Positions 8,844 to 16,610 of a stretch of 20,042 nt of DNA are shown here, one piece after another; the stretch's first letter is position 1, and each line of letters begins with the position of its first letter. The DNA is taken from positions 1 to 20,042 of the forward strand of contig QMVI01000005.1 in the NCBI GenBank assembly GCA_003661015.1, read 5' to 3'. Origin of the DNA: Methanosarcinales archaeon (GTDB taxonomy: Archaea; Halobacteriota; Methanosarcinia; DSM-18856; Methermicoccaceae). The notes below the pieces were generated by a model. The model made no database searches. It saw only the letters and a list, made by a program, of their open reading frames with translations, and was not told the origin of the DNA. The translations under genes and the position numbers were made by a program.

Positions 8844-9029
8844 TTATGACATCTCAGAAAGGATTTTGATTTTCTCCATGATCTTGTCTTCTCTTCTTTC
8901 TATTAGCTCTCTGACAGCGTCTCTCACCGCCTCACTCACAGACGGAAATTCACCACATGCCACCAGTATATTGAGCATGCGTATCTGTTGTTCCGGAAGC
9001 CTCACAGTTATCTTTTCCATGGCTCTCAT
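8844..9029 (-). CDS. cdrS: Small ribbon-helix-helix (CopG/CdrS-like) DNA-binding protein immediately upstream of ftsZ
   Basis: The core MEKITVRLPEQQIRMLNILVACGEFPSVSEAVRDAVRELIERR shows the RHH pattern (beta strand plus two helices). Likely starts are ATG 9029 or 9020. The track ORF start at 9146 adds a Cys-rich extension that reads through repeat DNA. Synteny with ftsZ matches the cdrS-ftsZ2 arrangement described in haloarchaea. Confidence 0.7.
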   Translation of the reverse strand: MRAMEKITVRLPEQQIRMLNILVACGEFPSVSEAVRDAVRELIERREDKIMEKIKILSEMS

Positions 9030-9046
9030 CCTTTCTGACTTTGGGG

Positions 9047-9114
9047 TACATATGCCAGACATACACATGCCAGACACATGTCTGTCACTTGTCCGACATA
9101 TGATAGACACATGT
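9047..9114 (-). promoter_or_regulatory. Repeat-rich putative operator/promoter region upstream of cdrS-ftsZ
   Basis: The plus strand carries tandem units TACATATGCCAGAC (9047-9060) and ATACACATGCCAGAC (9061-9075). AGACACATGT occurs twice (9072-9081 and 9105-9114). There is an inverted repeat CAGACA-ca-TGTCTG (9071-9084). A TATA-like CTTTATATGG (minus strand, about 9122-9131) lies further upstream. Confidence 0.35.
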
Positions 9115-9142
9115 AGGACATCTCTCCATATAAAGATTTTGT

Positions 9143-10861
9143 TCATAACACATTTATCTTGGCGGGTGGTAATGTGATGATAATCCTTGTTCCCTCTCCC
9201 TCTTCCGAATGTATCAGTATGCTACCACCCAGAGACCTCACGATACCATACGAAACAGACAAACCAAGTCCAGTACCTTCACCAACCGGCTTTGTTGTGA
9301 AGAATGGCTCAAACACATGCGGCAGCACATCTTTTGGTATTCCTATCCCATTGTCCTCAATCTCGATGACAACCATGCCATCCTTTTCGTAAGTGTGTAT
9401 CTTTATTACCTTGTCCTGTGTCTCTTTATGATTCAGTGCCCATATTGAGTTCGATATTATGTTCAGAAAGACTTGCATGAGCTTCTCCCTTTCGCCCATC
9501 ACACTGCTTTTGGCATCGAGCATTTTTTCAACTTTTATTCCTCTCAGCTCATGGGCGAGGATTGTGAGAGTCTTTTCGATAACATCGTTGATATTCAGCT
9601 CATAAAATTCTCCTCCCCCTTTTCTTGAGAAGTCGAGAAGGTCTGAGACAATCTTCTTGATCCTCATTCCAGCCTCTTCGATCTCGCAGACAATTTCGTA
9701 GTGCTCGCTATCAGATGGCAGTTCGTCCTTCAATATCCAAGCATAGTTCAGTATTACCGTGAGCGGGTTGTTAATTTCGTGTGCAACTCCCCCAGCCAAC
9801 TGTCCAATTGATACAAGTCTCTCTGCATGGGCAAGCTGTGCTTCGAGTTTTTTTCTCTCTTCTTCAAGCTCTTTGATACGGGTTTTATCTAAGATAACCC
9901 CATCAACATGTTCGTTGATTTTTCTTCCCCGCTCTACAACATATTTCCCGTTGACAGTTCTGTACTCGGTTCTGTAAGGTTCCCCCTCCCGTATGTATTT
10001 CATCACGTTCTCTTTATCTTCGGGATGAATGAGTGTGAGATATGATTTTCCTATGAGTTCCGATGGTTCCAGTCCGAATAAGTTCTTGCTCTCATCACTC
10101 ATGTACTCGATTGTCAAGTTGTCATCCAGAAGTCTTCTGAAAACAACCCCCGGAATGTTTTGAACAAGCGTCTCAAATCTTTCCTTGGCTTTTTTAATTT
10201 CCTCTTCTGACTTCAGACGCTCTGTTATATCAACAAGACTTCCGAGAACAACTTTCTTTCCTCTGTATGTGGCTGATGCACCGTAAGCTTCAACCCACCT
10301 AACAGACCCGTCTTTTTTTACTAATCTGAACCTCAAAGGGGGCACATCCATCTTTCCTTCAAGCCTCTCCTTTATTCGATTCTTAACAATTTCTCTGTCT
10401 TCTGGATGCACCACTTCCAATAACGCATTTTTTCCAGTCAGCTCGTCTCTTTTGTATCCAAGTATTCTTGAAAACTTTGGATTCACATATACCAGCGTTC
10501 CATTCTCATCCACCATATACACACCATTTATTTCATTCTCGGTGAGAGTTCTGAACAATTCCTCTCTCTCTGCCAGAGCTTCTTTAGCGTCTTTGAAGTA
10601 TTTGAGCTCGTTCAGGATTACATCACACTCCTTTATCAGGGCAAGTGCAAATATCAGCATCCCAGTGCCCATCAGTATGCTCTCTGAAAGTTGGAGAATT
10701 ATGCTGTCTGATATCTCACTGACCACATTCACAAGTAAGCCGAGAGAAAACAGACCCCACCCTACGTTGACAAGGAATATTTTAAGTTTGGTGAGAAAGA
10801 AAAACGCAACTACTGAAGCACAGAATATTGCTATGTTGATTGCGATGAGCTCTGACATCAT
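9143..10861 (-). CDS. Membrane-anchored PAS/PAS sensor histidine kinase
   Basis: The N-terminal region is hydrophobic (about 3-4 TM segments). Two PAS-like modules follow (FRTLTENEINGVYMVD...; FETLVQNIPGVVFRR...), then an H-box (GVAHEINNPLTVI) and the HATPase N/G boxes (NIISNS...EDNGIGIP...GTGLGLS). The track ORF starts at 10915. I favour ATG 10861/10858 (MMSEL...) because a TATA-like ATTATATTG sits about 26 nt upstream and it avoids crowding the radA promoter. Confidence 0.85.
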   Translation of the reverse strand: MMSELIAINIAIFCASVVAFFFLTKLKIFLVNVGWGLFSLGLLVNVVSEISDSIILQLSESILMGTGMLIFALALIKECDVILNELKYFKDAKEALAEREELFRTLTENEINGVYMVDENGTLVYVNPKFSRILGYKRDELTGKNALLEVVHPEDREIVKNRIKERLEGKMDVPPLRFRLVKKDGSVRWVEAYGASATYRGKKVVLGSLVDITERLKSEEEIKKAKERFETLVQNIPGVVFRRLLDDNLTIEYMSDESKNLFGLEPSELIGKSYLTLIHPEDKENVMKYIREGEPYRTEYRTVNGKYVVERGRKINEHVDGVILDKTRIKELEEERKKLEAQLAHAERLVSIGQLAGGVAHEINNPLTVILNYAWILKDELPSDSEHYEIVCEIEEAGMRIKKIVSDLLDFSRKGGGEFYELNINDVIEKTLTILAHELRGIKVEKMLDAKSSVMGEREKLMQVFLNIISNSIWALNHKETQDKVIKIHTYEKDGMVVIEIEDNGIGIPKDVLPHVFEPFFTTKPVGEGTGLGLSVSYGIVRSLGGSILIHSEEGEGTRIIITLPPAKINVL

Positions 10862-10919
10862 AACCACAATTGTTGCACAATATACAATATAATGTTTATT
10901 TTCTATTATATTCACAATA

Positions 10920-10929
10920 CTTTAATAAG
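10920..10929 (+). promoter_or_regulatory. TATA-like box for radA
   Basis: CTTTAATAAG is centred about 26 nt upstream of ATG 10951. Confidence 0.3.
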
Positions 10930-10950
10930 AGGAGTACAAAGGATGGAGCA

Positions 10951-11952
10951 ATGGCAGAAGTGCAGGATAGAAAGACAATAGAAGATTTGCCAGGTGTTGG
11001 CGCAAGCACAGCAGAGAAATTGAGAGATGCAGGATACAACTCAATTGAAGCAATTGCAGTAGCATCTCCCTCTGAATTGGCATCTTCGGTTGCAGATATG
11101 AGCGAAAGCACCGCATCCAAGATAATCAAGGCTGCGAGAGAACTTGCAGACATTGGTGGGTTTGAGACAGGAGACATTGTGTATGAGAGAAGGAAGAAAG
11201 TTGGAAAACTCACAACGGGTAGCTCTGCCTTGGATTCTCTGATAGGAGGAGGTGTTGAAACACAGTCCATAACCGAACTTCATGGGGAATTTGGCTCTGG
11301 AAAGACGCAGATTGTTCATCAGCTGTGCGTGAATGTACAGCTTCCAAAAGAGGTTGGTGGGCTTGAAGGTTCTGCAATCGTGATAGATACCGAGAATACG
11401 TTCAGACCAGAAAGAATAACCCAGATGGTTGAGGGGTTGAAGATTAGGTATGAGGATGAGTACCCGGATATCTCGTTTGACCCAAAGGAATATTTGAAGA
11501 ATATACATGTTGCAAGAGCATACAACTCAAACCATCAGATTCTTCTGGTTGATAGTGCAAGCCAACTTGCAGAATCTTTGAAGGACTCAAAACCTGTGAA
11601 ACTCTTGGCTATTGATTCGTTGACTGCTCACTTTCGCTCCGAGTATGTGGGGAGGGGCACACTCGCTGATAGACAGCAGAGACTGAACAGACATCTTCAT
11701 GACCTTTTAAGATTTGCATCCCTATTTGATGCGGTTGTTGTTGTCACAAATCAGGTGATGGCACGTCCTGACGTTTTCTATGGTGACCCCAACAAGCCAA
11801 TTGGAGGACATGTACTTGCACACACCGCCACCTATCGAATATCTCTCAAAAAGAGCAAACACAACAAAAGAATTGCAAGATTGATAGACTCACCTTCACT
11901 TCCTGAGGGAGAGGTGATTTTTTCAGTCACAGAGTATGGAATTGCGGATTAA
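10951..11952 (+). CDS. radA: DNA repair and recombination protein RadA
   Basis: N-terminal HhH domain ([27 protein letters not shown]), Walker A (GEFGSGKTQ), Walker B (LLAIDS), and TNQV...GGHVLAH. The start is moved from the track's 10870 to ATG 10951 (MAEVQDRK...), because the 27 upstream codons read through the AT-rich promoter. Confidence 0.95.
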   Translation: MAEVQDRKTIEDLPGVGASTAEKLRDAGYNSIEAIAVASPSELASSVADMSESTASKIIKAARELADIGGFETGDIVYERRKKVGKLTTGSSALDSLIGGGVETQSITELHGEFGSGKTQIVHQLCVNVQLPKEVGGLEGSAIVIDTENTFRPERITQMVEGLKIRYEDEYPDISFDPKEYLKNIHVARAYNSNHQILLVDSASQLAESLKDSKPVKLLAIDSLTAHFRSEYVGRGTLADRQQRLNRHLHDLLRFASLFDAVVVVTNQVMARPDVFYGDPNKPIGGHVLAHTATYRISLKKSKHNKRIARLIDSPSLPEGEVIFSVTEYGIAD

Positions 11953-11962
11953 TGGGGAGAAC

Positions 11963-12670
11963 ATGCAAGTCAAGGTTGTTGCGACAGACATCGATGGGAC
12001 CCTCACAGACCGCTCAAGAAAACTGAATCCATCTGCTCTGCAAGTTGTTCAGAATCTCTCGGAGTGCGTGAAGGTTGTGCTTGCAACAGGAAACACCCTG
12101 TGTTTTACTTGGGCATGTTCTGTTCTTTTGGGAACTGGTGGGGCGGTTGTTGCGGAGAACGGGGCGGTTGTTGCGAGTGGGTACGATTCTGAGCCTCTCA
12201 TTCTCGGGGATAAGGAGAGATGCCTTAGAGTTTATCCCATTCTTGTGGAGAAGTTCTCTGCAAGAGCACTTGATATCGATTACAGACTTGGAGAGGTTGT
12301 TCTTGAACGGAATTTTTGCCTGTCCGAAGCTAAACGGATAGTTGAGCAGTATGACCCAGAACTGGAATTGGTCGATACAGATTTTGCAATTCATGTGAAG
12401 CTGAAGAATGTGAGCAAGGCAAGAGGACTGGAAAGACTGGTCAGCACCTTTTCTGCGAGTATGGATGAAGTTGCTGCTTTTGGCGACTCGAGGAATGATA
12501 TCCCGATGCTTGAAAAGGCAGGTGTCTCTCTGACAGTTGCGAATGCTCCATCAGATGTGAAGGGTGTGTGTGATTATGTGAGTCCGCATCCATTTGGAGA
12601 AGGGTTTGTTGATGGTGTTCGTTGGCTTGTTGAGAGGGGATTTATAGAGGATGTCGCAGGACTGTTTTGA
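11963..12670 (+). CDS. HAD-IIB (Cof-type) phosphatase, archaeal phosphoglycolate-phosphatase-like
   Basis: HAD motifs: DIDGTLTD (I), VLATGN (II), K...GDSRNDIPM (III/IV). The size is typical of the family. The likely start is ATG 11963 (MQVKVVATDIDG), preceded by GGGGAGA. The track start at 11936 overlaps the radA end. Confidence 0.75.
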   Translation: MQVKVVATDIDGTLTDRSRKLNPSALQVVQNLSECVKVVLATGNTLCFTWACSVLLGTGGAVVAENGAVVASGYDSEPLILGDKERCLRVYPILVEKFSARALDIDYRLGEVVLERNFCLSEAKRIVEQYDPELELVDTDFAIHVKLKNVSKARGLERLVSTFSASMDEVAAFGDSRNDIPMLEKAGVSLTVANAPSDVKGVCDYVSPHPFGEGFVDGVRWLVERGFIEDVAGLF

Positions 12671-13607
12671 TACCAGAAGTCTCGCTTTCAGAGTCGAGAG
12701 AGAGAAAGGTGAGAAAGTAAGACGTTGTCTTTTAGAGTAGGGACTTCTCAGAAAAGATTTGAAACCTTTTTCAGATGAAAAATTTGTTTATTTTCCTGTA
12801 AAAGATAGTGCAGAGGGTGTTATGGACGGGGATTTTGTCTGGAAGAGTTTTCAACCCATAAAAAAGCGAAAAACCCACTTGGACATTATTGGCAGAATAA
12901 GTTTTGACATCGTGGGTGATATAGCGCTTGTTGACCTCAAGGCTATCAGTGGGTTGGATAGGAAGGAGGTGGCAGACACACTCCTCAGCACACTCCCTAT
13001 CAGGTCAGTTTTTGGTGTTGGGGAAGTCAGTGGAGAGTTTAGAGTTGCCCAGCTCGTTCATTTGGGAGGAAGCAGAAACACACTGACTCTTCACAAAGAA
13101 AATAAATGCGTTTTCGAGCTTGATGTAGCCAGAGTTTACTTCAATCCGAGACTTGCAACAGAGAGAGCAAGGGTCGAGAGAAGAATCTCGCAAGAGGGGG
13201 CAAGGGTAATTCTCGATATGTTCGCTGGCGCAGGTCCATTTTCGATACTGATCGCAAAGATGGACAAAACCAGAGTTGTTCATGCGATAGAAAAGAATCC
13301 GGTTGCATGTCATTTTCTCAGAAGGAATGTTGAGCTAAATAAAGTGAGTAATGTGATAGTACATGAGGGAGATGTGAGAGATATACTTGCCACCCAGAAG
13401 ATAGAGGCGGATGCAATAATCATGAACCTCCCCCACACAGCAATCAACTTCCTCCCTCTTGCGTTGAAGTGTTCGCACCCCGGTACCCTCATATTCTTAT
13501 ATACGATATCTGCGGATGAGCCAGACATACAGGGAATGGAGAGGGCGAGGAAGGTGAAATCATATGCTCCGGGTGTTTCCATATGGTGTGTTGAAGTGAG
13601 GGTTTAA
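12651..13607 (+). CDS. trm5: Trm5/Taw2-family (Met-10+) tRNA methyltransferase, with one in-frame TAG at 12738-12740
   Basis: The track ORF 12759..13607 starts at a TTG. The same frame is open upstream to ATG 12651 except for one TAG: MSQDCFDTRSLAFRVEREKGEKVRRCLLE-TAG-GLLRKDLKPFSDEKFVYFPVKD. This is collinear with the N-terminal D1 domain of archaeal Trm5 (pattern GE..RR.L.E..LL.KD.K.....Y.Y.P.KD). The body has FDIVGDIALV, GEFRV..L.HL.G...T.HKEN, VYFNPRLATER, DMFAGAGPFSI, and NLP. Confidence 0.85.
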
Positions 13608-13617
13608 AAGAAAGAGT

Positions 13618-14904
13618 TTAAATTATAACCATACCAGTCTTTGTGATTGCAACCTCCCTAGGGAATGGATCTATCTTACCCTTGCCCTTCAACACCCTTA
13701 TATTTCTCTTCCTTCCACCGTCCACATATACAATGTGTACGATATAGTCCATGTATTGAGATATGTTAACACCAGTTGCAGGTGGCATCTCATTCATCGA
13801 GATGTTTGCCAAGAACATTGCAGTTGCGCCAACTGCCTTTAGATGGCTTGACAATATACAGAGATATTGTATGAGCTCATCTCCTAGAACTCTTACAGGT
13901 AAATCAATTGAGTCGATTACAACTCTCGAGGGTTTTGTCTTCCACAGTATATCGATAATATCTTTGAGTATCATTTCTGGTGAGGAAAGAGGTACATCAT
14001 AGACTGAGAGGTCCTTTATCCCAGTCCCATCAATGCTCTTTAGGTCTCTTCTAATCTCTTCTGCACTTCTTTCAAGTAATATGAGGAGCACCTTTTCCCC
14101 TTTCTTAAGCCCATCTAGTAGGAAGTGGATTCCAAGTGTTGTTTTCCCACTTCCTGGCTGTCCACCTATGAATGTAATGCTCCCCTTTATAACTCCTCCA
14201 CCAACCATTACATCAAGCTTTTCTATACCGGTTGATACTAACTCGTCTGAAATAAGAGGAGGCTTGTCAGAGGGGGTAATAACATCAAAACCAGAGCGGG
14301 TGATTACATAGGGGAACCCCACCATCGAATGTTCTGAGCGTCTCATCTTGCGCACAAATAATCTTCTCCTTAGATAGCCATTTTCCATCTGTGAACTCAA
14401 CTCGATTACTGAGTCTGCCATGTACATTGCATCTGTTTCCTTGCCTTCAACTGTCATCAAAATCGTCATTCCCTCGAGGCCGAAAAGAATGTTTGACAAC
14501 TCTCTTCTTTTCCTCATCCTATCGAACGATAGAAGGAGAGTACTGACAGAGTCTATAACCGCTCTTTCAGCTCCCCAGCTTATGAGTTCTGAGACAATCG
14601 ATATCAGTCGTTCATCAAAATCTGGGTCGAGAGGTGGAATCTCGAAAATTCTTATTTTGTCATTTTCTTTAAGATTCCATCCATATGAAGCCATATCTTC
14701 AATAAATTTCTTTGTGCTCTGGCCAACAAGAACAATAGCACCTTTCTCATTTTTATTGCACCCTTCGAGTATAAACTGAGTCGCAAGTGTTGTCTTTCCA
14801 GAACCCGGTGTACCAAGAAGTATTGTTGTTGAGCCCTTTGGAATTCCACCCCCCATCACTCTATCAAGATTATAATTTCCAGAAGAAATCCTCTGGATGG
14901 ACAT
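13618..14904 (-). CDS. KaiC-like double-domain RecA-superfamily ATPase
   Basis: 428-aa ORF with two tandem RecA/KaiC-type domains, each with a Walker A (LLGTPGSGKTTLATQF and IGGQPGSGKTTLGIHF) and DS-type Walker B regions. Confidence 0.85.
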   Translation of the reverse strand: MSIQRISSGNYNLDRVMGGGIPKGSTTILLGTPGSGKTTLATQFILEGCNKNEKGAIVLVGQSTKKFIEDMASYGWNLKENDKIRIFEIPPLDPDFDERLISIVSELISWGAERAVIDSVSTLLLSFDRMRKRRELSNILFGLEGMTILMTVEGKETDAMYMADSVIELSSQMENGYLRRRLFVRKMRRSEHSMVGFPYVITRSGFDVITPSDKPPLISDELVSTGIEKLDVMVGGGVIKGSITFIGGQPGSGKTTLGIHFLLDGLKKGEKVLLILLERSAEEIRRDLKSIDGTGIKDLSVYDVPLSSPEMILKDIIDILWKTKPSRVVIDSIDLPVRVLGDELIQYLCILSSHLKAVGATAMFLANISMNEMPPATGVNISQYMDYIVHIVYVDGGRKRNIRVLKGKGKIDPFPREVAITKTGMVII

Positions 14905-14927
14905 AACAGAGCTGTTAACAACTAATT

Positions 14928-14937
14928 GTTTATAACT
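14928..14937 (-). promoter_or_regulatory. TATA-like box for the KaiC-like gene
   Basis: The minus strand reads AGTTATAAAC, centred about 28 nt upstream of ATG 14904. Confidence 0.3.
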
Positions 14938-14960
14938 TTATTGTTTTTTGTGATGAAAAG

Positions 14961-14972
14961 GCTATATATAGC
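14961..14972 (+). promoter_or_regulatory. Palindromic TATA box for the TPR gene
   Basis: GCTATATATAGC is centred about 26 nt upstream of ATG 14992. Confidence 0.35.
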
Positions 14973-14991
14973 TGAAGATACATGTGTGTGT

Positions 14992-15831
14992 ATGGAAGAA
15001 GTAATTGCGACCTGCTCGAAAGCTCTCGAGCTTGCGGGTGAAGGTAAAATTGATGATGCACTTCAGATTCTCGATGAGCTTTATGAATCACTTGAAGACG
15101 AACTTGAGAAGTCTTTTGTACTTGAGAAAAAAGCTGGCATTCTGTCCATGGGCGGAAGGGTTGAGGAGTCTCTCTCGCTCTACGAGGATGTTATATCCAC
15201 ACAACTAAAGGCTGTGGATGAGGACATACCAATGGCTGTTGAGATGGTATCAACCTCATTCTACAATCTTGGTAGCATCCTTACAGACATAGGGGCTTTT
15301 AAGGAGGCTGAACTCGCATACGAACGCTCTCTTGATTTCCTCGAGAGAATCGGTGGCGAGGAGAATTATGCAGCAGATGTGGGTGGAATTCTTTATCATC
15401 TGGGTTTTCTTGCACAGGAGAGAGGCGATAACGAACTTGCAAGAAACAGATATGAAAAGGCTCTCAGAATATTCGAGACAATAGAATCCGCAGAGGTTCA
15501 TACCGTGATGTGTGCAAACATACTCAACAACTTAGGGGTGATAGAAGTCCGAAGTGGTGAATTGGAGAGAGCAGAAGAGTTTTTCAAGCAAGCATCTGGC
15601 AGATATGTTGAGGTTGATAGTTTGGAGTCTTTGTTCTATGCTGCAACCACTCTTGGCAGTCTTGGAATGATCAGACGTGAACTCGGAAAGATAGATGATG
15701 CAAGGGATGCGTACTCCGATGCGCTGGAGATAGCACAGAAGCTTCTTGATAAAAGTGGAGATGATGAGCTTTATAGGGCTGTTGCAATGCGTCTCATAAG
15801 CGAGATTGAAGAAATGAAGAGTGCACTTTAA
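14992..15831 (+). CDS. Tetratricopeptide-repeat (TPR) protein
   Basis: Repeated 34-aa-like A/Y/L helical pattern (e.g. AELAYERSLDF, ARNRYEKALRIF, AEEFFKQA, ARDAYSDALEIA). The start is placed at ATG 14992 (MEEVIATCSKALEL) rather than the track's TTG 14926, on promoter spacing. Confidence 0.7.
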   Translation: MEEVIATCSKALELAGEGKIDDALQILDELYESLEDELEKSFVLEKKAGILSMGGRVEESLSLYEDVISTQLKAVDEDIPMAVEMVSTSFYNLGSILTDIGAFKEAELAYERSLDFLERIGGEENYAADVGGILYHLGFLAQERGDNELARNRYEKALRIFETIESAEVHTVMCANILNNLGVIEVRSGELERAEEFFKQASGRYVEVDSLESLFYAATTLGSLGMIRRELGKIDDARDAYSDALEIAQKLLDKSGDDELYRAVAMRLISEIEEMKSAL

Positions 15832-15845
15832 TTTTTTACTTTACT

Positions 15846-16610
15846 TTACTTTTCTTTTCTTTTTTCTGGTGAATTTTCAATTATCACTTCAAACCTCTCT
15901 TTATATCTTTCAAGCATGGATATCGTTTTTGGAGCAAGCATTAGTATGAAGATGACGTTTCCAATTGCATGCATTGTATCAAACCAGAAACTCGCGAGTT
16001 GGGTGAGGACGAAGGTTTTCCAGGTGAGTGGATAAACATACGTAGCCCAGTGCCATATGTTCAGAATCCATCCATAGAGATACCCCCACACCGCACCATA
16101 TATGGAAAGAAACAAGAGACTTAAGTTTCTTTTAGAATTTCCAATGTTCTTTCCAATTCCAAAGAAATTCCGTAGAAATCCACTTGTTAGTCCAGCAAGT
16201 CCCCACCCAAGCATCTGGAATATTGTCCAAGGACCTTGACCGAGGAAGAGATTTGAGACAGCAGCACTTATGGCTCCAACCATGAATCCCGCAATAGGCC
16301 CAAAAACGAGACCTGTGCAGATTGTGAAGAATGTGCATGGCTGGACACTTGGAATGGTGGCAAATGGAACCCTTGAAACAGCAGAGATTGTTCCAATCAT
16401 GGCAATCAATGCTATTATTTTGGTGGATGTGTGTCTCTCTTCGAATTCAAACAGCATCCCAAGGACTGTGAGACATCCAATTGTGAGGATGCCAATTGAC
16501 CACGTACGTGATAGTTCTCTTGAGTGTTCAGGACTAACAATCGGCATAATGAGATATAACACCACGATTATGATTGCCAGAGCAATCATCAATTTCCCCT
16601 TTCCTCTCAC
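15846..16610 (-). CDS. Polytopic membrane protein, putative ECF-transporter S (substrate-capture) component
   Basis: 254-aa ORF with about 7 hydrophobic segments. It is the last gene of the ECF operon, and its GTG start overlaps the ATPase TGA (GTGA at 16607-16610). No specific substrate family is recognised. Confidence 0.6.
   Translation of the reverse strand: MRGKGKLMIALAIIIVVLYLIMPIVSPEHSRELSRTWSIGILTIGCLTVLGMLFEFEERHTSTKIIALIAMIGTISAVSRVPFATIPSVQPCTFFTICTGLVFGPIAGFMVGAISAAVSNLFLGQGPWTIFQMLGWGLAGLTSGFLRNFFGIGKNIGNSKRNLSLLFLSIYGAVWGYLYGWILNIWHWATYVYPLTWKTFVLTQLASFWFDTMHAIGNVIFILMLAPKTISMLERYKERFEVIIENSPEKRKEK

Noticed and set aside
9047-9114. Possible CRISPR array or mobile-element terminal repeats
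   Set aside because: The repeat units are only 10-15 nt, imperfect and directly adjacent, without spacers. No cas, transposase or integrase genes are present anywhere in the window.
9030-9146. The N-terminal 39-42 codons of track ORF 8844..9146 (MNKIFIWRDVLHVSIICRTSDRHVSGMCMSGICTPKSER...)
   Set aside because: The extension is a read-through of the repeat DNA (GACA/CATG units) and contains a TATA-like box. RHH proteins of this type are about 50-65 aa and begin at the beta strand (MEKITVRL).
10870-10950. The 27-codon N-terminal extension of radA in the track ORF
   Set aside because: It translates the AT-rich promoter ([21 protein letters not shown]...). RadA homologues begin close to the HhH domain, and ATG 10951 has proper TATA spacing.
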